A stretch of DNA of 64,000 bases, taken from NCBI GenBank assembly GCA_913777515.1, contig CAJYSL010000266.1:2550-66549 (forward strand). The letters are read 5' to 3'. Positions 42,656 to 53,468 of this stretch are shown here, piece by piece. Both the position numbers and the translations under genes were made by a program. How positions within the stretch are numbered: the first letter of the stretch is position 1; every line of letters begins with the position of its first letter. This stretch comes from an uncultured Mucilaginibacter sp. (GTDB lineage: Bacteria; Bacteroidota; Bacteroidia; Sphingobacteriales; Sphingobacteriaceae). Under the pieces are notes generated by a model. That model did no database searches and was not told the origin of the DNA. It saw only the letters and a program-made list of their open reading frames with translations.

Positions 42656-44359
42656 ATGAAAGGATACTTACCCGCGTCATACCGCCTATTACTTTTAACT
42701 GCGCTTGCCATTGTAACATTTTCGGGTTTTAATGCCCGGGCACAAGTGCAGCCACCACCTTACAGCTACCAGCTTTATCAAAAGTTAAACGATTCTGTTT
42801 ATTCTACCCGCAATCGTTTTCACTCCTCTATCAAGCCTTACCGTATGGACGACAGCACGCTGTTTCCTAAATACGATAAATTGATGTACCAGTATACCGA
42901 TACTACAGGGCATCATAGCTGGGTACACCGTAAATTATTTAACGAACACCTGATAGACATTAAACATTCGGACTATACTTTTTTTGCCGATTACCTGCCC
43001 GACCTGGTAATTGGACGCGATTTTAGCAACTCGCGCACTACCTGGATTAATACCCGTGGCTTCCAGTTAGGTGGTACGGTAGGCAAGAAATTTTATTTTT
43101 ATACCAGCGGTTTCGAAAATCAGGCCGCCTTTCCGGATTACTTAAACACCTACATTAATCAAACCGGCATGGTTCCGGGTCAGGCTTATGACCGCAACGT
43201 GGCCAATCTGCAGTATGGCCGTACCAAAGACTGGTCGTACGCAACGGCTTTGCTTTCGTACACGCCTAACAAGTATTTGAATGTGGCTGCCGGGTACGAC
43301 AAAAACTTTATTGGCGATGGTTACCGCTCGATGCTCCTGTCAGATTTTACCTCACCTTACAGCTTTTTAAAGCTAACTGCCAGTTTGGGCAACGTTAACT
43401 ACATGGTGATGTGGAGCTACATGCAAGACCCGTCGGCACCTAAATTTAGTATTGAGTCGGGTAACCGGAAAAAGTGGGGCGTGTTTCATTACCTGGACTG
43501 GAGTGTAACCAACCGCTTTTCGTTGGGCTTTTTTGATGCCATCATCTGGGCTGATGCTGACGATAAAGGCTATAAGCGCGGTTTTGACTTTACCTACGGC
43601 AACCCTATCATTTTTTTACGCCCGCTCGAGGCCAGCAACGGCTCGCCGGATAATGCGTTGATTGGTTTTAACAGTAAATACAAAATTACCGACCACTTAA
43701 CAGCTTACGGGCAGTTTGCGTTGGACGAGTTTGAGGCTAAAAACTTTTTTTCGGGCAAAGGCAGTTCGCGCAACAAGAGCGCCTGGCAGTTGGGTATCAG
43801 AGGGGCTGACTTGTTTAATGTGAAACGCCTTAATTATTTACTCGAATACAATAGTGCAAGGCCGTATACTTACAGCCAAACATCAAGCATATTAAATTAT
43901 GCCCAGCAAAACGAGCCACTGGCGCATCCCTGGGGAGCTAATTTTAAAGAGGTGGTTGGCATTTTAAACTACAGCTACAAACGCTTCGATTTTTCGGGGC
44001 AATTTAATTACGGCCAGTACGGCTTGGATGTTAACGGACAAAACTGGGGAAAGAATGTATTTTTAGACTACCGCACGCAGGCGCGTTATACCGGCGTATT
44101 CGACCCTAATTTGTTTAATAATGCCTATGCCACTAATGGCAACTATATAGGTCAGGGTTTGCGTACTAATTTATATTACAGCGAGGCAAAAATCGCCTAC
44201 TTACTCAATCCTAAATATAACCTGCGGATAGAATTAGGCGGCATGTACCGGCACGAAAGCAACAGCAACTTTACCGATAATACCAAAATGGTTACCATTG
44301 GCTTGCGCAGCTCGTTCCGTAACCTGTATCAGGACTTGGCCGCTTTTAAAACACACTAA
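42656..44359 (+). CDS. Outer-membrane beta-barrel, RemB/Wzi-like
   Basis: Signal peptide, KNFIGDGYRSMLLSD, YGQFALDEF, RPYTYS...LAHPWGANF. Confidence 0.72.
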   Translation: MKGYLPASYRLLLLTALAIVTFSGFNARAQVQPPPYSYQLYQKLNDSVYSTRNRFHSSIKPYRMDDSTLFPKYDKLMYQYTDTTGHHSWVHRKLFNEHLIDIKHSDYTFFADYLPDLVIGRDFSNSRTTWINTRGFQLGGTVGKKFYFYTSGFENQAAFPDYLNTYINQTGMVPGQAYDRNVANLQYGRTKDWSYATALLSYTPNKYLNVAAGYDKNFIGDGYRSMLLSDFTSPYSFLKLTASLGNVNYMVMWSYMQDPSAPKFSIESGNRKKWGVFHYLDWSVTNRFSLGFFDAIIWADADDKGYKRGFDFTYGNPIIFLRPLEASNGSPDNALIGFNSKYKITDHLTAYGQFALDEFEAKNFFSGKGSSRNKSAWQLGIRGADLFNVKRLNYLLEYNSARPYTYSQTSSILNYAQQNEPLAHPWGANFKEVVGILNYSYKRFDFSGQFNYGQYGLDVNGQNWGKNVFLDYRTQARYTGVFDPNLFNNAYATNGNYIGQGLRTNLYYSEAKIAYLLNPKYNLRIELGGMYRHESNSNFTDNTKMVTIGLRSSFRNLYQDLAAFKTH

Positions 44360-44443
44360 CCCTATTTTTATAACCCGGTAGCTGGCTAAGCTTAGTTTTG
44401 CCAGCTACGATGCTATCCAAAATTTCATTAATTTTCGGTTGAA

Positions 44444-45385
44444 ATGCCCAAACCGGTTGCCCTTATTTTATTAAACTGGAACACTCCCCAACATACAGCC
44501 GACTGTATAAAGTCGGTTCTGCGTTATTGCGACACCGCGCTTTATGATATTATTGTTGCCGACAACGGGTCTACAGATGGTTCACTGGCTACCTTAAAAA
44601 ATCAGTTTCCGGATTTAATTTACATTGACAATCAACAAAATTTAGGATTTGCTGAGGGAAACAATCGTGCCCTACTGTATATTATGACGCAAGGATATCC
44701 ATATTCACTCTTGATGAACACGGATACATTGGTAGATGAGGATATTGTACAAAAATTAAGCGACCATTTGAATGAACATCCAAAGGTAGCCGCAGTTCAG
44801 CCTGCAATATACTGGATGCACCAACCCACAAAAATTTGGAATGGCGAAAGCCGCTTTAATAAACTGCTGGGTACTACCGTTTCTGACACTTCCACACCCG
44901 GTGAATCAAATACTCCGACTTTCACTGAAGCAGAATGGGTTACAGGTTGCTGCATGATGATCAAAAATGAAGCTTTAGCTAAAAGCGGACTGTTTAACAA
45001 ACTGTTCTTTTTGTACTATGAGGATGTGGACTTATCTTTTAGGCTTCGTAAAGCCGGATATATCCTGCATTATTTACCATCGTGCAAAATGTACCATGAG
45101 GCCGGCATATCAGCAAAGGTATCTGCACCCAAAAAGGAAGGACAATTAAGCCCCGTCATACACTACTACATCAGCCGGAACCATTTATGGTTTATCAGGC
45201 AGTACGGTTCGTCAGCTTTGTTTCCGGTAAACTTATTATATAACGGGCTATATTATGGTGCTTTATTGATTTATTTCATCTTTCGCCGCCGTAAACAGAA
45301 GGCCTCTTTTCTGCTTAAAGGTTTAAAAGAAGGCCTTTTCACTTCTAAAAAGCTGATTTGGTCAAAGGATAATTTACACCAGTAG
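44444..45385 (+). CDS. Glycosyltransferase family 2
   Basis: ADNGSTDGS, NLGFAEGNN, FFLYYEDVDLSFR. Confidence 0.92.
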   Translation: MPKPVALILLNWNTPQHTADCIKSVLRYCDTALYDIIVADNGSTDGSLATLKNQFPDLIYIDNQQNLGFAEGNNRALLYIMTQGYPYSLLMNTDTLVDEDIVQKLSDHLNEHPKVAAVQPAIYWMHQPTKIWNGESRFNKLLGTTVSDTSTPGESNTPTFTEAEWVTGCCMMIKNEALAKSGLFNKLFFLYYEDVDLSFRLRKAGYILHYLPSCKMYHEAGISAKVSAPKKEGQLSPVIHYYISRNHLWFIRQYGSSALFPVNLLYNGLYYGALLIYFIFRRRKQKASFLLKGLKEGLFTSKKLIWSKDNLHQ

Positions 45386-45501
45386 CCAACAGTATCTTTA
45401 AGCTTTGATGGCGCTGATGTATCACTCAATCATTGCAAATACGTCAATTTTTTAATAAAAAATGAATAATGTTCTGTTAGTTTGCTCTTTAAAACCAGCC
45501 C

Positions 45502-46197
45502 ATGCTAATTGAAAAGCTAATACGGAAACTAAAAAACGACCCGAATTACAAATGGGAAAATGCCTATTCTGTTCGTGATTTGGCGTGCATTACTATCGTG
45601 CGTTTTACGCAAGCGTTTAGAGGCTTATTCTTAAAACCGTTTCTGAAAAGCTCGTCCGGCCTTGTATTTTTAGGAAGCAATACCAAAGTGCGGCATGCTT
45701 ACCAGTTAAGTGTCGGCAAAAATTTCATCCTTGAAGACAATGTCAGCCTTAATGCCCTATCAGAACAGGGCATTAAAATAGGCGACCATGTTTCGATTGC
45801 TCGCGATTCCATTATTTTTTGTACCGGTATCATCTCGCACAAAGGCACGGGTATTACTATTGGGCACCGTACAGGCATTAACGCCCGGGCCTATCTGGGC
45901 GGTCAGGGTGGCATCACTATCGGCAACGACGTAATTATGGGGCCCAACGTTCAGATATTCTCCGAAAATCACAATTTTAATCAGCCGGGTATTCCTGTCA
46001 AAGAACAAGGCGTTACCCGCCAGGCTGTAACAATCGGCGATGACTGCTGGATTGGTGCCGGCGCAACGATATTAGCCGGTGTAGAAATTGGCGTCGGCTG
46101 CATTATTGCAGCCGGCAGTGTGGTCACCAAATCGGTACCAGCCAATTCGGTAGTGGCAGGCGTACCGGCACGAGTAATTAAAAGCAGGGAAGGTTAG
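45502..46197 (+). CDS. Hexapeptide-repeat O-acyltransferase
   Basis: Left-handed beta-helix repeats, [19 protein letters not shown]. Confidence 0.92.
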   Translation: MLIEKLIRKLKNDPNYKWENAYSVRDLACITIVRFTQAFRGLFLKPFLKSSSGLVFLGSNTKVRHAYQLSVGKNFILEDNVSLNALSEQGIKIGDHVSIARDSIIFCTGIISHKGTGITIGHRTGINARAYLGGQGGITIGNDVIMGPNVQIFSENHNFNQPGIPVKEQGVTRQAVTIGDDCWIGAGATILAGVEIGVGCIIAAGSVVTKSVPANSVVAGVPARVIKSREG

Positions 46198-46206
46198 AAA
46201 ACGGTG

Positions 46207-47352
46207 ATGGCAAAGCGCTTAATTATTGGGGTGGATATACGCGATCTCCGGGTAGCCAAAACCGGGACTAAAACCTATTTAGAGGAACTCTGTAAAGCAT
46301 TTAAAGCACTGCCCCTACCCGACGTTAAATTTAAATTTTTAGACTCTGCTTTGTCGGCATACTCTGGCACCAACAAATTATTAAAGTGGGTTGAGCATCT
46401 CAATTATCAGCTATGGAAACAGGTTTCACTACCTATTAAAGCATGGCTGGGTAAATGCGATATTGTCTTCTGCACCGACAACTTCGTACCGCTTACAAAG
46501 CTCGGCTATAAAACCATCCCAGTTTTTCATGATGCTTTCTTTTTTGAAATGCCTGACAATTATGGAAAGTTATGGTTGTGGCTGTACAAAAAAACAGCAT
46601 TACCTGCGGCCCAATCTTCGCCGTTTGTTATCACCCCTACGCATTACGCCAAAAAGCAAATTGCCCATTACACTACCCTATCCGAAGAAAAATTGAAGGT
46701 TGTGTATGAGGGACCAAAATCATTTTCTGTCGCACAAACCAAATTATCAAACGAGCAAACTACGCTGCTCAAATATTCAATTGAAAAGCATCAATATCTT
46801 TTTAATACCGGGGCAATGTTTAAACGAAAAAACATCCCACTTTTGATAGCAGCTTTTAACAAGATAAAAGCGACCAGCAAATACCCTGCGCTTAAACTGG
46901 TTTTGGCGGGGCAACTGCCAGCCGACAAAAGTGATAGTGACTATTTAATGGTGACCAATGCCATCAACCAGTCGCCTTATAAAAATGAGATTATTTTAAC
47001 CGGCTATGTAAGCGATGATGACTTGGCGCAACTATATCAAAATGCTTTGCTTTACGTATTTCCGTCGTTGAATGAAGGTTTCGGTATACCTATACTCGAG
47101 GCGTTCAAAAATCAGGTTCCGGTACTGGCGGCCAACAATACCAGTTTGCCCGAGGTTGGTGGCGATGCTGTTATGCTTTTTGACCCGTTTAGTTATACTG
47201 ACCTCGTTGAGAAATTGATAACGCTGTTGGAAGATGCCAATTTACGCCGACAAATGATTACTCAAGGAAACGCACGTTTAAAGCATTTCTCGTGGCAAAA
47301 AACCGCTGAAGAACTGGTTGCAATCTTTAAACTGGCTGCGGCGAGAAACTAA
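46207..47352 (+). CDS. Glycosyltransferase family 4
   Basis: FPSLNEGFGIPILEA, SLPEVGG. Confidence 0.92.
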   Translation: MAKRLIIGVDIRDLRVAKTGTKTYLEELCKAFKALPLPDVKFKFLDSALSAYSGTNKLLKWVEHLNYQLWKQVSLPIKAWLGKCDIVFCTDNFVPLTKLGYKTIPVFHDAFFFEMPDNYGKLWLWLYKKTALPAAQSSPFVITPTHYAKKQIAHYTTLSEEKLKVVYEGPKSFSVAQTKLSNEQTTLLKYSIEKHQYLFNTGAMFKRKNIPLLIAAFNKIKATSKYPALKLVLAGQLPADKSDSDYLMVTNAINQSPYKNEIILTGYVSDDDLAQLYQNALLYVFPSLNEGFGIPILEAFKNQVPVLAANNTSLPEVGGDAVMLFDPFSYTDLVEKLITLLEDANLRRQMITQGNARLKHFSWQKTAEELVAIFKLAAARN

Positions 47353-48455
47353 TAGTTATTATTAAACACCTCCACATGCTCATCAGCTACCTTTTCCCAA
47401 TTAAACACACTTAACGCACGCTGTTGCGCTTTAGCTGCTAATTCGAGCATTATTTGATGATTGTCTTCCGCAAAATTAATTTCGCTGGTGAGGGAATTGA
47501 TGTTGCCTTTTTCAAACTTGCGGGCGGTATCTAATACCGCATATTCGTTTTCTTCAATATTACTCACAATCAAAGGTACATTGAGCCCCATCACGGTAAG
47601 CACCACCGGCGACAAACCTTCGACGTCTGATGGCTGGATGTAGCAATACGAATTGAGCATCAGTACGTTTACATCATCACCGTAAACATATCCCGGAAAA
47701 ATAACCTGCTCATTGGCCATAGCCAGTATTTTGCTTTCGTAATCTGATGGATTGGGCGAACCGCCAATTAAAACCAGTTTACGCTTTGATTTTGATTGTT
47801 TAAAGGCCGGGATAAGATAATGTAATCCTTTGTCGGGAATAAATCGTCCTACAAACAGGTAGTAATCACCTTGGGTAAGCTGTAACCGGTTTAAAATATC
47901 GCTATTCGGATTTACCGGTCCAACCTCGCTGCCGAAAGGAATAAATTTATACGGCTTATTGAATTTATCTTCAAATAACTTCTTAGCGATTACATTATCG
48001 AAAATAACTTCGTTAGGTAAATAAGCGGTTATGTAAGATGATATTTTAAGAAACAATTTACCGTACCAGGGCCATTTATCGCGTTTCCAATCCACCCCAT
48101 CCTGGCTAATGAATACCTTTTTGCCAAACAACCGTAAAGGCAGCGCCCAGATACTGTTGCCACCGTTTTGTATGTGCACTACATCAGCAGTATTATTAAA
48201 GATGATGTCTAACGTACACCGGAACGAGTGCCATAAAGTATCAAAACCTTTAACTTTAAAAGTTTTAAAAGTTTTGATTTTAACCCCCTGGTATTCAGTC
48301 ACATCAACAAAGTTATCAGCATAACGTCTGTTGTAAGCCGTTACCTGATGACCACGTTTTACCAATCGCGGAAATAATTCAAGGGCAAATTTGTCGGCCC
48401 CCGCCGCACCCTTTGCCGGGGGGATAGACCTGAAACCAAAAGCAGCAATACGCAT
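47349..48455 (-). CDS. Glycosyltransferase family 4
   Basis: FVGRFIPDKGL, PSDVEGL. Confidence 0.9.
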   Translation of the reverse strand: MRIAAFGFRSIPPAKGAAGADKFALELFPRLVKRGHQVTAYNRRYADNFVDVTEYQGVKIKTFKTFKVKGFDTLWHSFRCTLDIIFNNTADVVHIQNGGNSIWALPLRLFGKKVFISQDGVDWKRDKWPWYGKLFLKISSYITAYLPNEVIFDNVIAKKLFEDKFNKPYKFIPFGSEVGPVNPNSDILNRLQLTQGDYYLFVGRFIPDKGLHYLIPAFKQSKSKRKLVLIGGSPNPSDYESKILAMANEQVIFPGYVYGDDVNVLMLNSYCYIQPSDVEGLSPVVLTVMGLNVPLIVSNIEENEYAVLDTARKFEKGNINSLTSEINFAEDNHQIMLELAAKAQQRALSVFNWEKVADEHVEVFNNNY

Positions 48456-48469
48456 ACAAGAGCTAAAAA

Positions 48470-49414
48470 TTACAATACGCCAATATTGTCGTTTTTAACT
48501 GCAAATAAAGTCTTTTCTAAGTAATCTGCGTAATAGTCATCAACATATTCACGTAAGGCAATCTTCCACTCGCGCATGATGTTAATATTTCTTAATTCGA
48601 GCTTTTTGTTAATTAAACGCTCTGAAGGTGGCCGGGGGGCAAAGTAGGTATCTTCAAAGTATCCGGACGAAACCTCATGAAAAGTGACTTCTTCTTCCAG
48701 ACCTAATATTTTAATTAACTCCTGGGCGACTTCCAACCGGCTGGTTTCACCGTTGCAAACCATGTTGTAAAGGCCCCAATATTGTTTTTCCAAAAGGAGC
48801 TTAACATTTTTTGCAAAATCAACGGTAAAGGTAGGTGTACCATCCTTATCATTTACAATATGTAAATCGCGCTTGCCGCTGGCCAGTTGCTTGATGATTT
48901 TGTTAATGAACTTTTTGTCTTTGCGTGGCCCTCCTCCCATCATCCAACCGGCACGGCAAACAATAAAGCGCTTGCAATTGTCGCGCACGTAACGCTCGCC
49001 CATGTATTTAGATCGTGCATAATGACCGAGCGGATTAGGTTCGTCCCAGTCATCATAAAAATCCTTTTTGCCGTCAAAAATACCGGCGGTGCTGATGTAT
49101 AATAGCGGGATATTGAGTTCGTTGGCTATCAGAACTGCATTCTCTACCGATGTAGTGTTAGTAAGATAGGTATCGTCGAGATTTTTCTCACAATATTCAA
49201 GATCAGTATGAGCACCTAAATGAAATAGATAATCGGGTTTAAATTCTTCTACCTGCTTTTTATAGTTATCAAAGTCGCGAAAATCAAGAAAATCTAACCA
49301 GCTCTCATTTACATCCTTGTCAGTGCATTTAATAGTATAATCGTGTTTAAATATGCGGTAAAACGCTTCTCCAAGCATTCCGCCCGCACCAGCAATGTAG
49401 ATTCTTTTTTTCAT
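48470..49414 (-). CDS. RmlD-like dTDP-sugar reductase (extended SDR)
   Basis: GAGGMLG, YISTAGIFDG, YARSKYMGE, APRP. Confidence 0.88.
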   Translation of the reverse strand: MKKRIYIAGAGGMLGEAFYRIFKHDYTIKCTDKDVNESWLDFLDFRDFDNYKKQVEEFKPDYLFHLGAHTDLEYCEKNLDDTYLTNTTSVENAVLIANELNIPLLYISTAGIFDGKKDFYDDWDEPNPLGHYARSKYMGERYVRDNCKRFIVCRAGWMMGGGPRKDKKFINKIIKQLASGKRDLHIVNDKDGTPTFTVDFAKNVKLLLEKQYWGLYNMVCNGETSRLEVAQELIKILGLEEEVTFHEVSSGYFEDTYFAPRPPSERLINKKLELRNINIMREWKIALREYVDDYYADYLEKTLFAVKNDNIGVL

Positions 49415-49740
49415 GTAGACGTATTAGCCATATTAATAAACAGAATGTATGGCTGCCGAATGTATCAGTAAATGCTCATCGACCTCAAAGCCGACCTTCG
49501 ACCCAAAGTTAATTTTTTCGTGAGTTAACACAAAACATTTAACGTATGCAAAGTTAACATGTTTTATATCAGCCTTAAATACAGACTAATTTTGACATAA
49601 AGTTTTACATCTTAAACTAACACAATACAGCAAGTAAGCTTATTCCGAATAAAATACATCATAAACAAACATTTGTTTGCAGTAAATTAGCCGGTTCAAT
49701 AGTAATAAAATAGGCTGTTGATTTAAAACATCATCTATCA

Positions 49741-50973
49741 ATGAATATTTTAGTGGTAAACTGGACCTGGTATCCGAGTGGCGGCGACTGGACTTATGTG
49801 GAGCATGTTTCCCAACTATACAGCGGGCTTGGTCATCAGGTTGTACCATTTTCGATGAAAGATGAGCGCAACTACGCTTCAAACTATTCGGAGTATTTTA
49901 TTGAGAATATTGACTACAAAAAACTGAACAAACGCAGTTTGCGTGCCGGTATAAAAGTGGTAAGCAAAAGTATCTACTCGGTTGAAGCACAAAAAAAACT
50001 AGAGGCTTTACTTACAACAACTAACATTGATTTTGCACATATCAACGTCATTCATCACTACATCACTCCAGCTATACTCAAAACCCTGAAAGAAAGAAAT
50101 ATCCCTATCATCTGGACTTTGCACGAGTACACCCCTATTTGTCCCGAAAGCACGTTTATAAGCCATGGCCAGATTTGTGAAAAATGCTTTGCCGGCGCCT
50201 TTTATAATTGCGTTACCCATCGGTGTAAAAAAGGGTCTTTATTAGCCAGCACGGTGGCAGCCTTGGAAAACTACGCGCACCGGGCTTTAAATTACTACGC
50301 TTACGTAGATTATTATGTATGCCCCTCAAAGTTTTTGTATCAAAAATTTAAAGACTTCAACTTTTTTCCGGAAAAGCTGGTGCAACTCTATCATGGTTAT
50401 GATTACCAGAAAATAGAAAAAGCAAAATCAAAAAAAGCAGTTGTTTCCGAGAAATACATCGTATTTACGGGTCGGCTCGAAAAAATTAAAGGAGCACATA
50501 CCGTATTGGAGGCGATGAAATTTATGCCTGATGTGCAACTCAAAATTATTGGTTCGGGTACGCAAGAGGCCAGTTTGAAGGCTTATCAACAGCAACATCA
50601 ATTAGATAACGTTACTTTTTTAGGCAAACTCAACAAAACCGAAACGCTTGAAGCTATTGCCGATTCCCAATTTGCCATATGTGCATCAGAATGGTATGAG
50701 GTGCTTGGCTTCACGGTAGTTGAAGCAATGGCTTTGAATAAACCTGTTATTGGCGCCAATATAGGAGCCATCCCGGAAATGGTGATTGATGGTCAGACCG
50801 GCTTACTGTTTGAACCGGGCAATGCCGTACAATTAGCCGAAAAAATAAAACAGTTACTGGACAATCCGCAAAAAGTTACTGAAATGGGCATTGAAGCACA
50901 AAACCATATTACCCGGTTGATTAATGATGGTTGTCATATCAGCGGTTTGAGAAATTTAATAGCTGGACTGTAA
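49741..50973 (+). CDS. Glycosyltransferase family 4
   Basis: GRLEKIKG, SEWYE..GFTVVEAM, IGAIPE; Cys-rich loop. Confidence 0.9.
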   Translation: MNILVVNWTWYPSGGDWTYVEHVSQLYSGLGHQVVPFSMKDERNYASNYSEYFIENIDYKKLNKRSLRAGIKVVSKSIYSVEAQKKLEALLTTTNIDFAHINVIHHYITPAILKTLKERNIPIIWTLHEYTPICPESTFISHGQICEKCFAGAFYNCVTHRCKKGSLLASTVAALENYAHRALNYYAYVDYYVCPSKFLYQKFKDFNFFPEKLVQLYHGYDYQKIEKAKSKKAVVSEKYIVFTGRLEKIKGAHTVLEAMKFMPDVQLKIIGSGTQEASLKAYQQQHQLDNVTFLGKLNKTETLEAIADSQFAICASEWYEVLGFTVVEAMALNKPVIGANIGAIPEMVIDGQTGLLFEPGNAVQLAEKIKQLLDNPQKVTEMGIEAQNHITRLINDGCHISGLRNLIAGL

Positions 50974-51125
50974 AAGTTTCGAGTGACTTCTTTTTGCTAA
51001 ACGTGTAAACAGACTTGCTGCGTTAGCAATCAACAGTAAAGGCTGCGTGATGCTATCTGGTTAGACTAACACCGATTTAATCTTTTATATTTGTAATTCA
51101 AAGCTAAGTTAACAACTACCTCTAC

Positions 51126-53465
51126 ATGCGTATTTATTTTCGCTTACTTACTGTTCTTTTTATCTCTTGTATCTTGTTTAAACAGGCATCTGCGCAATCT
51201 TTTTCTATGGGCAACTTACAAAATGCGCAGATTAGCCAGGCAAGTGACGAACAAATTATTCAAGCCTGGAAAAAAATGCAGGATGCCGGCATATCAGAGC
51301 AAGACGCTTACAAAATTTTACAACAGCGAGGGATGCCCGCGTCTGAAGTAGAAGCTTTGAAAAACAGGGTGACGCTTTTGGGTTTAAACAAAAAAGCCGA
51401 TGCTAAAAATAGCTCAAAGGCCGAACCGCAAAAAGTTGATTCTTCGAGGCCAAAGATTGATTCGGTGAGCAAACCTCAGTTGGCATCCAGCCAGCCTGAA
51501 AAACCAACACCACAACTTACCGTTTACGGAACCGAGTTTTTTAATCAAACCACTATCAAATTTGAACCTAACTTTGCAGGTGCAACTCCCAAAGGATATG
51601 TGCTTGGCCCCGGTGATGAGGTAATTGTTTTAGTAACTGGTCTAAACGAAACAAGCGTACGTGCTAAGGTATCGCCAGATGGTAACCTGCAAATTCCATA
51701 CGCAGGTGTAATTTACGTTAATGGGTTTACTATTGAGCAAGCCACATCAATCATACGCAGCCGGCTTACAAAAATTTATCCAGCCATGGCCTCAGGGCAA
51801 ACCAAGCTAACGGTTAACTTAGGCACTACCAGAAGTATACGCATTACTATTACCGGCGAAGTTAAAACGCCTGGCTCTTATACCCTATCATCATTGTCAA
51901 CCGTTTATAATGCTTTGTACAATTCGGGCGGGCCAACCAACAATGGATCATTGCGTTACATTGAATTAATCAGAGCTAACCGCGTTTATAAAACCATAGA
52001 CTTTTATAGCTTTTTGCAGCGTGGATTGCTGGACGGTAATATCCGGCTTGAAGACGAGGATGTAATTCACATTCCGGTTTATCGTAAACGCGTAAGCATT
52101 ACCGGCGAAGTTAAACGTCCGGCCATCTATGAGCTTAAAAACGATGAGACCTTAGAAAACCTGATTGCTTATGCCGGAGGCTACACCGACGTGGCTTACA
52201 AAGGTACCGCTAAGGTTGACCAGATTAACACCCTGGAGCGCGAGGTAAAAGATGTGCCAGCCAACTTATTCGGCAACTACATTCCACGAAATGGCGACCA
52301 GATTCAGATTGGTGCCATTACTAACCGCTATACTAACCGCATTACCTTAGAGGGAGCTGTTTACCGGCCGGGCACCTACGAACTATCGGCAGGCTTTACT
52401 TTATCGCAACTGCTAAAAAACGCACAGGGGTTAAAGCCTGAGGCCTACATGGAACGAGGCTATATTAAGCGGACGTTGCCTAATCTGCAACGTGACTTTA
52501 TATCTTTCAAGCCAGCAGATATTATTAACGGGCGTAATGATATTCCGTTATTGCGCGAAGACTCTGTAGTGATCCTGGATCAAAACATATTCATCTCCAA
52601 TCAAAAAATTACGGTAAACGGCTTTGTACGCAAACCCGCAACATTTACTTACCGCAAAGGCCTGAAACTGGCAGACGCTATTGCAATGTCGGGCGGGTTT
52701 GATGATGAGGCAGCCGACCACCATGTAGAAGTTTCCAGGATTATTAAAAACGAATCGGACAGCGTGGCTAACCAATTAGTACAAACTTTTGTGGTTGATA
52801 TGGATAACCCCACAGCTGCGCAACGTGATATTGAGTTGCAACCTATGGATTACATTTATGTTCCACGCCTGGTTAACTACCGCTCGTTAGGTAATGTAAG
52901 CGTTAAAGGCGAAGTGGTATTTCCGGGTGATTATGCCGTACAGAAACGTGACGAAACAGCGCTCGAATTTTTAAAACGTGCAGGTGGAGTTACCCCTTAC
53001 GGCTCATTAGAAAATGCGCAGGTTTACCGTAAAGGCGTACGGGTAAATTTAGATTTAACGGCTACACGCCCAACAGCGGAAGAAAAAAGAGATTTGATTT
53101 TATTACCGGGCGATAGTGTTTACATTCCCCGCGTAATATCGTACGTAGAGGTTTCGGGAGCAGTTAACAATCCGCAATATATCAGCTTTAACGGGCATCG
53201 TTTTAAATATTACGTCAATGCAGCAGCTGGTGTTACACAAAATGCACGTTTGCGCGGCGCCTACATCAAATACCCTAATGGTTTGAACCAACCGGTAAAA
53301 CGCTTTTTATTCTTCAGGAACTATCCTAAAGTACTTCCAGGTAGTAAGATCATAGTTCCGGAAAAAACGCCGGATAACCGCTTTAAAATCAACTTCGGCG
53401 ATCTTGCCGGAATTTCGACAGCGATAACCGCCCTGATTGGATTAGTTAGTATCTTGCGAAGATAA
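51126..53465 (+). CDS. Polysaccharide export protein with multiple SLBB domains (Wza/KpsD-like)
   Basis: YVLGPGDE, repeated GEV..PG.Y and A..AGG motifs. Confidence 0.92.
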   Translation: MRIYFRLLTVLFISCILFKQASAQSFSMGNLQNAQISQASDEQIIQAWKKMQDAGISEQDAYKILQQRGMPASEVEALKNRVTLLGLNKKADAKNSSKAEPQKVDSSRPKIDSVSKPQLASSQPEKPTPQLTVYGTEFFNQTTIKFEPNFAGATPKGYVLGPGDEVIVLVTGLNETSVRAKVSPDGNLQIPYAGVIYVNGFTIEQATSIIRSRLTKIYPAMASGQTKLTVNLGTTRSIRITITGEVKTPGSYTLSSLSTVYNALYNSGGPTNNGSLRYIELIRANRVYKTIDFYSFLQRGLLDGNIRLEDEDVIHIPVYRKRVSITGEVKRPAIYELKNDETLENLIAYAGGYTDVAYKGTAKVDQINTLEREVKDVPANLFGNYIPRNGDQIQIGAITNRYTNRITLEGAVYRPGTYELSAGFTLSQLLKNAQGLKPEAYMERGYIKRTLPNLQRDFISFKPADIINGRNDIPLLREDSVVILDQNIFISNQKITVNGFVRKPATFTYRKGLKLADAIAMSGGFDDEAADHHVEVSRIIKNESDSVANQLVQTFVVDMDNPTAAQRDIELQPMDYIYVPRLVNYRSLGNVSVKGEVVFPGDYAVQKRDETALEFLKRAGGVTPYGSLENAQVYRKGVRVNLDLTATRPTAEEKRDLILLPGDSVYIPRVISYVEVSGAVNNPQYISFNGHRFKYYVNAAAGVTQNARLRGAYIKYPNGLNQPVKRFLFFRNYPKVLPGSKIIVPEKTPDNRFKINFGDLAGISTAITALIGLVSILRR

Positions 53466-53468
53466 TTT

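Noticed and set aside
47349-49740. Invertible (phase-variable) segment explaining the reversed GT4-RmlD pair
   Set aside because: No flanking inverted repeats or invertase found by eye
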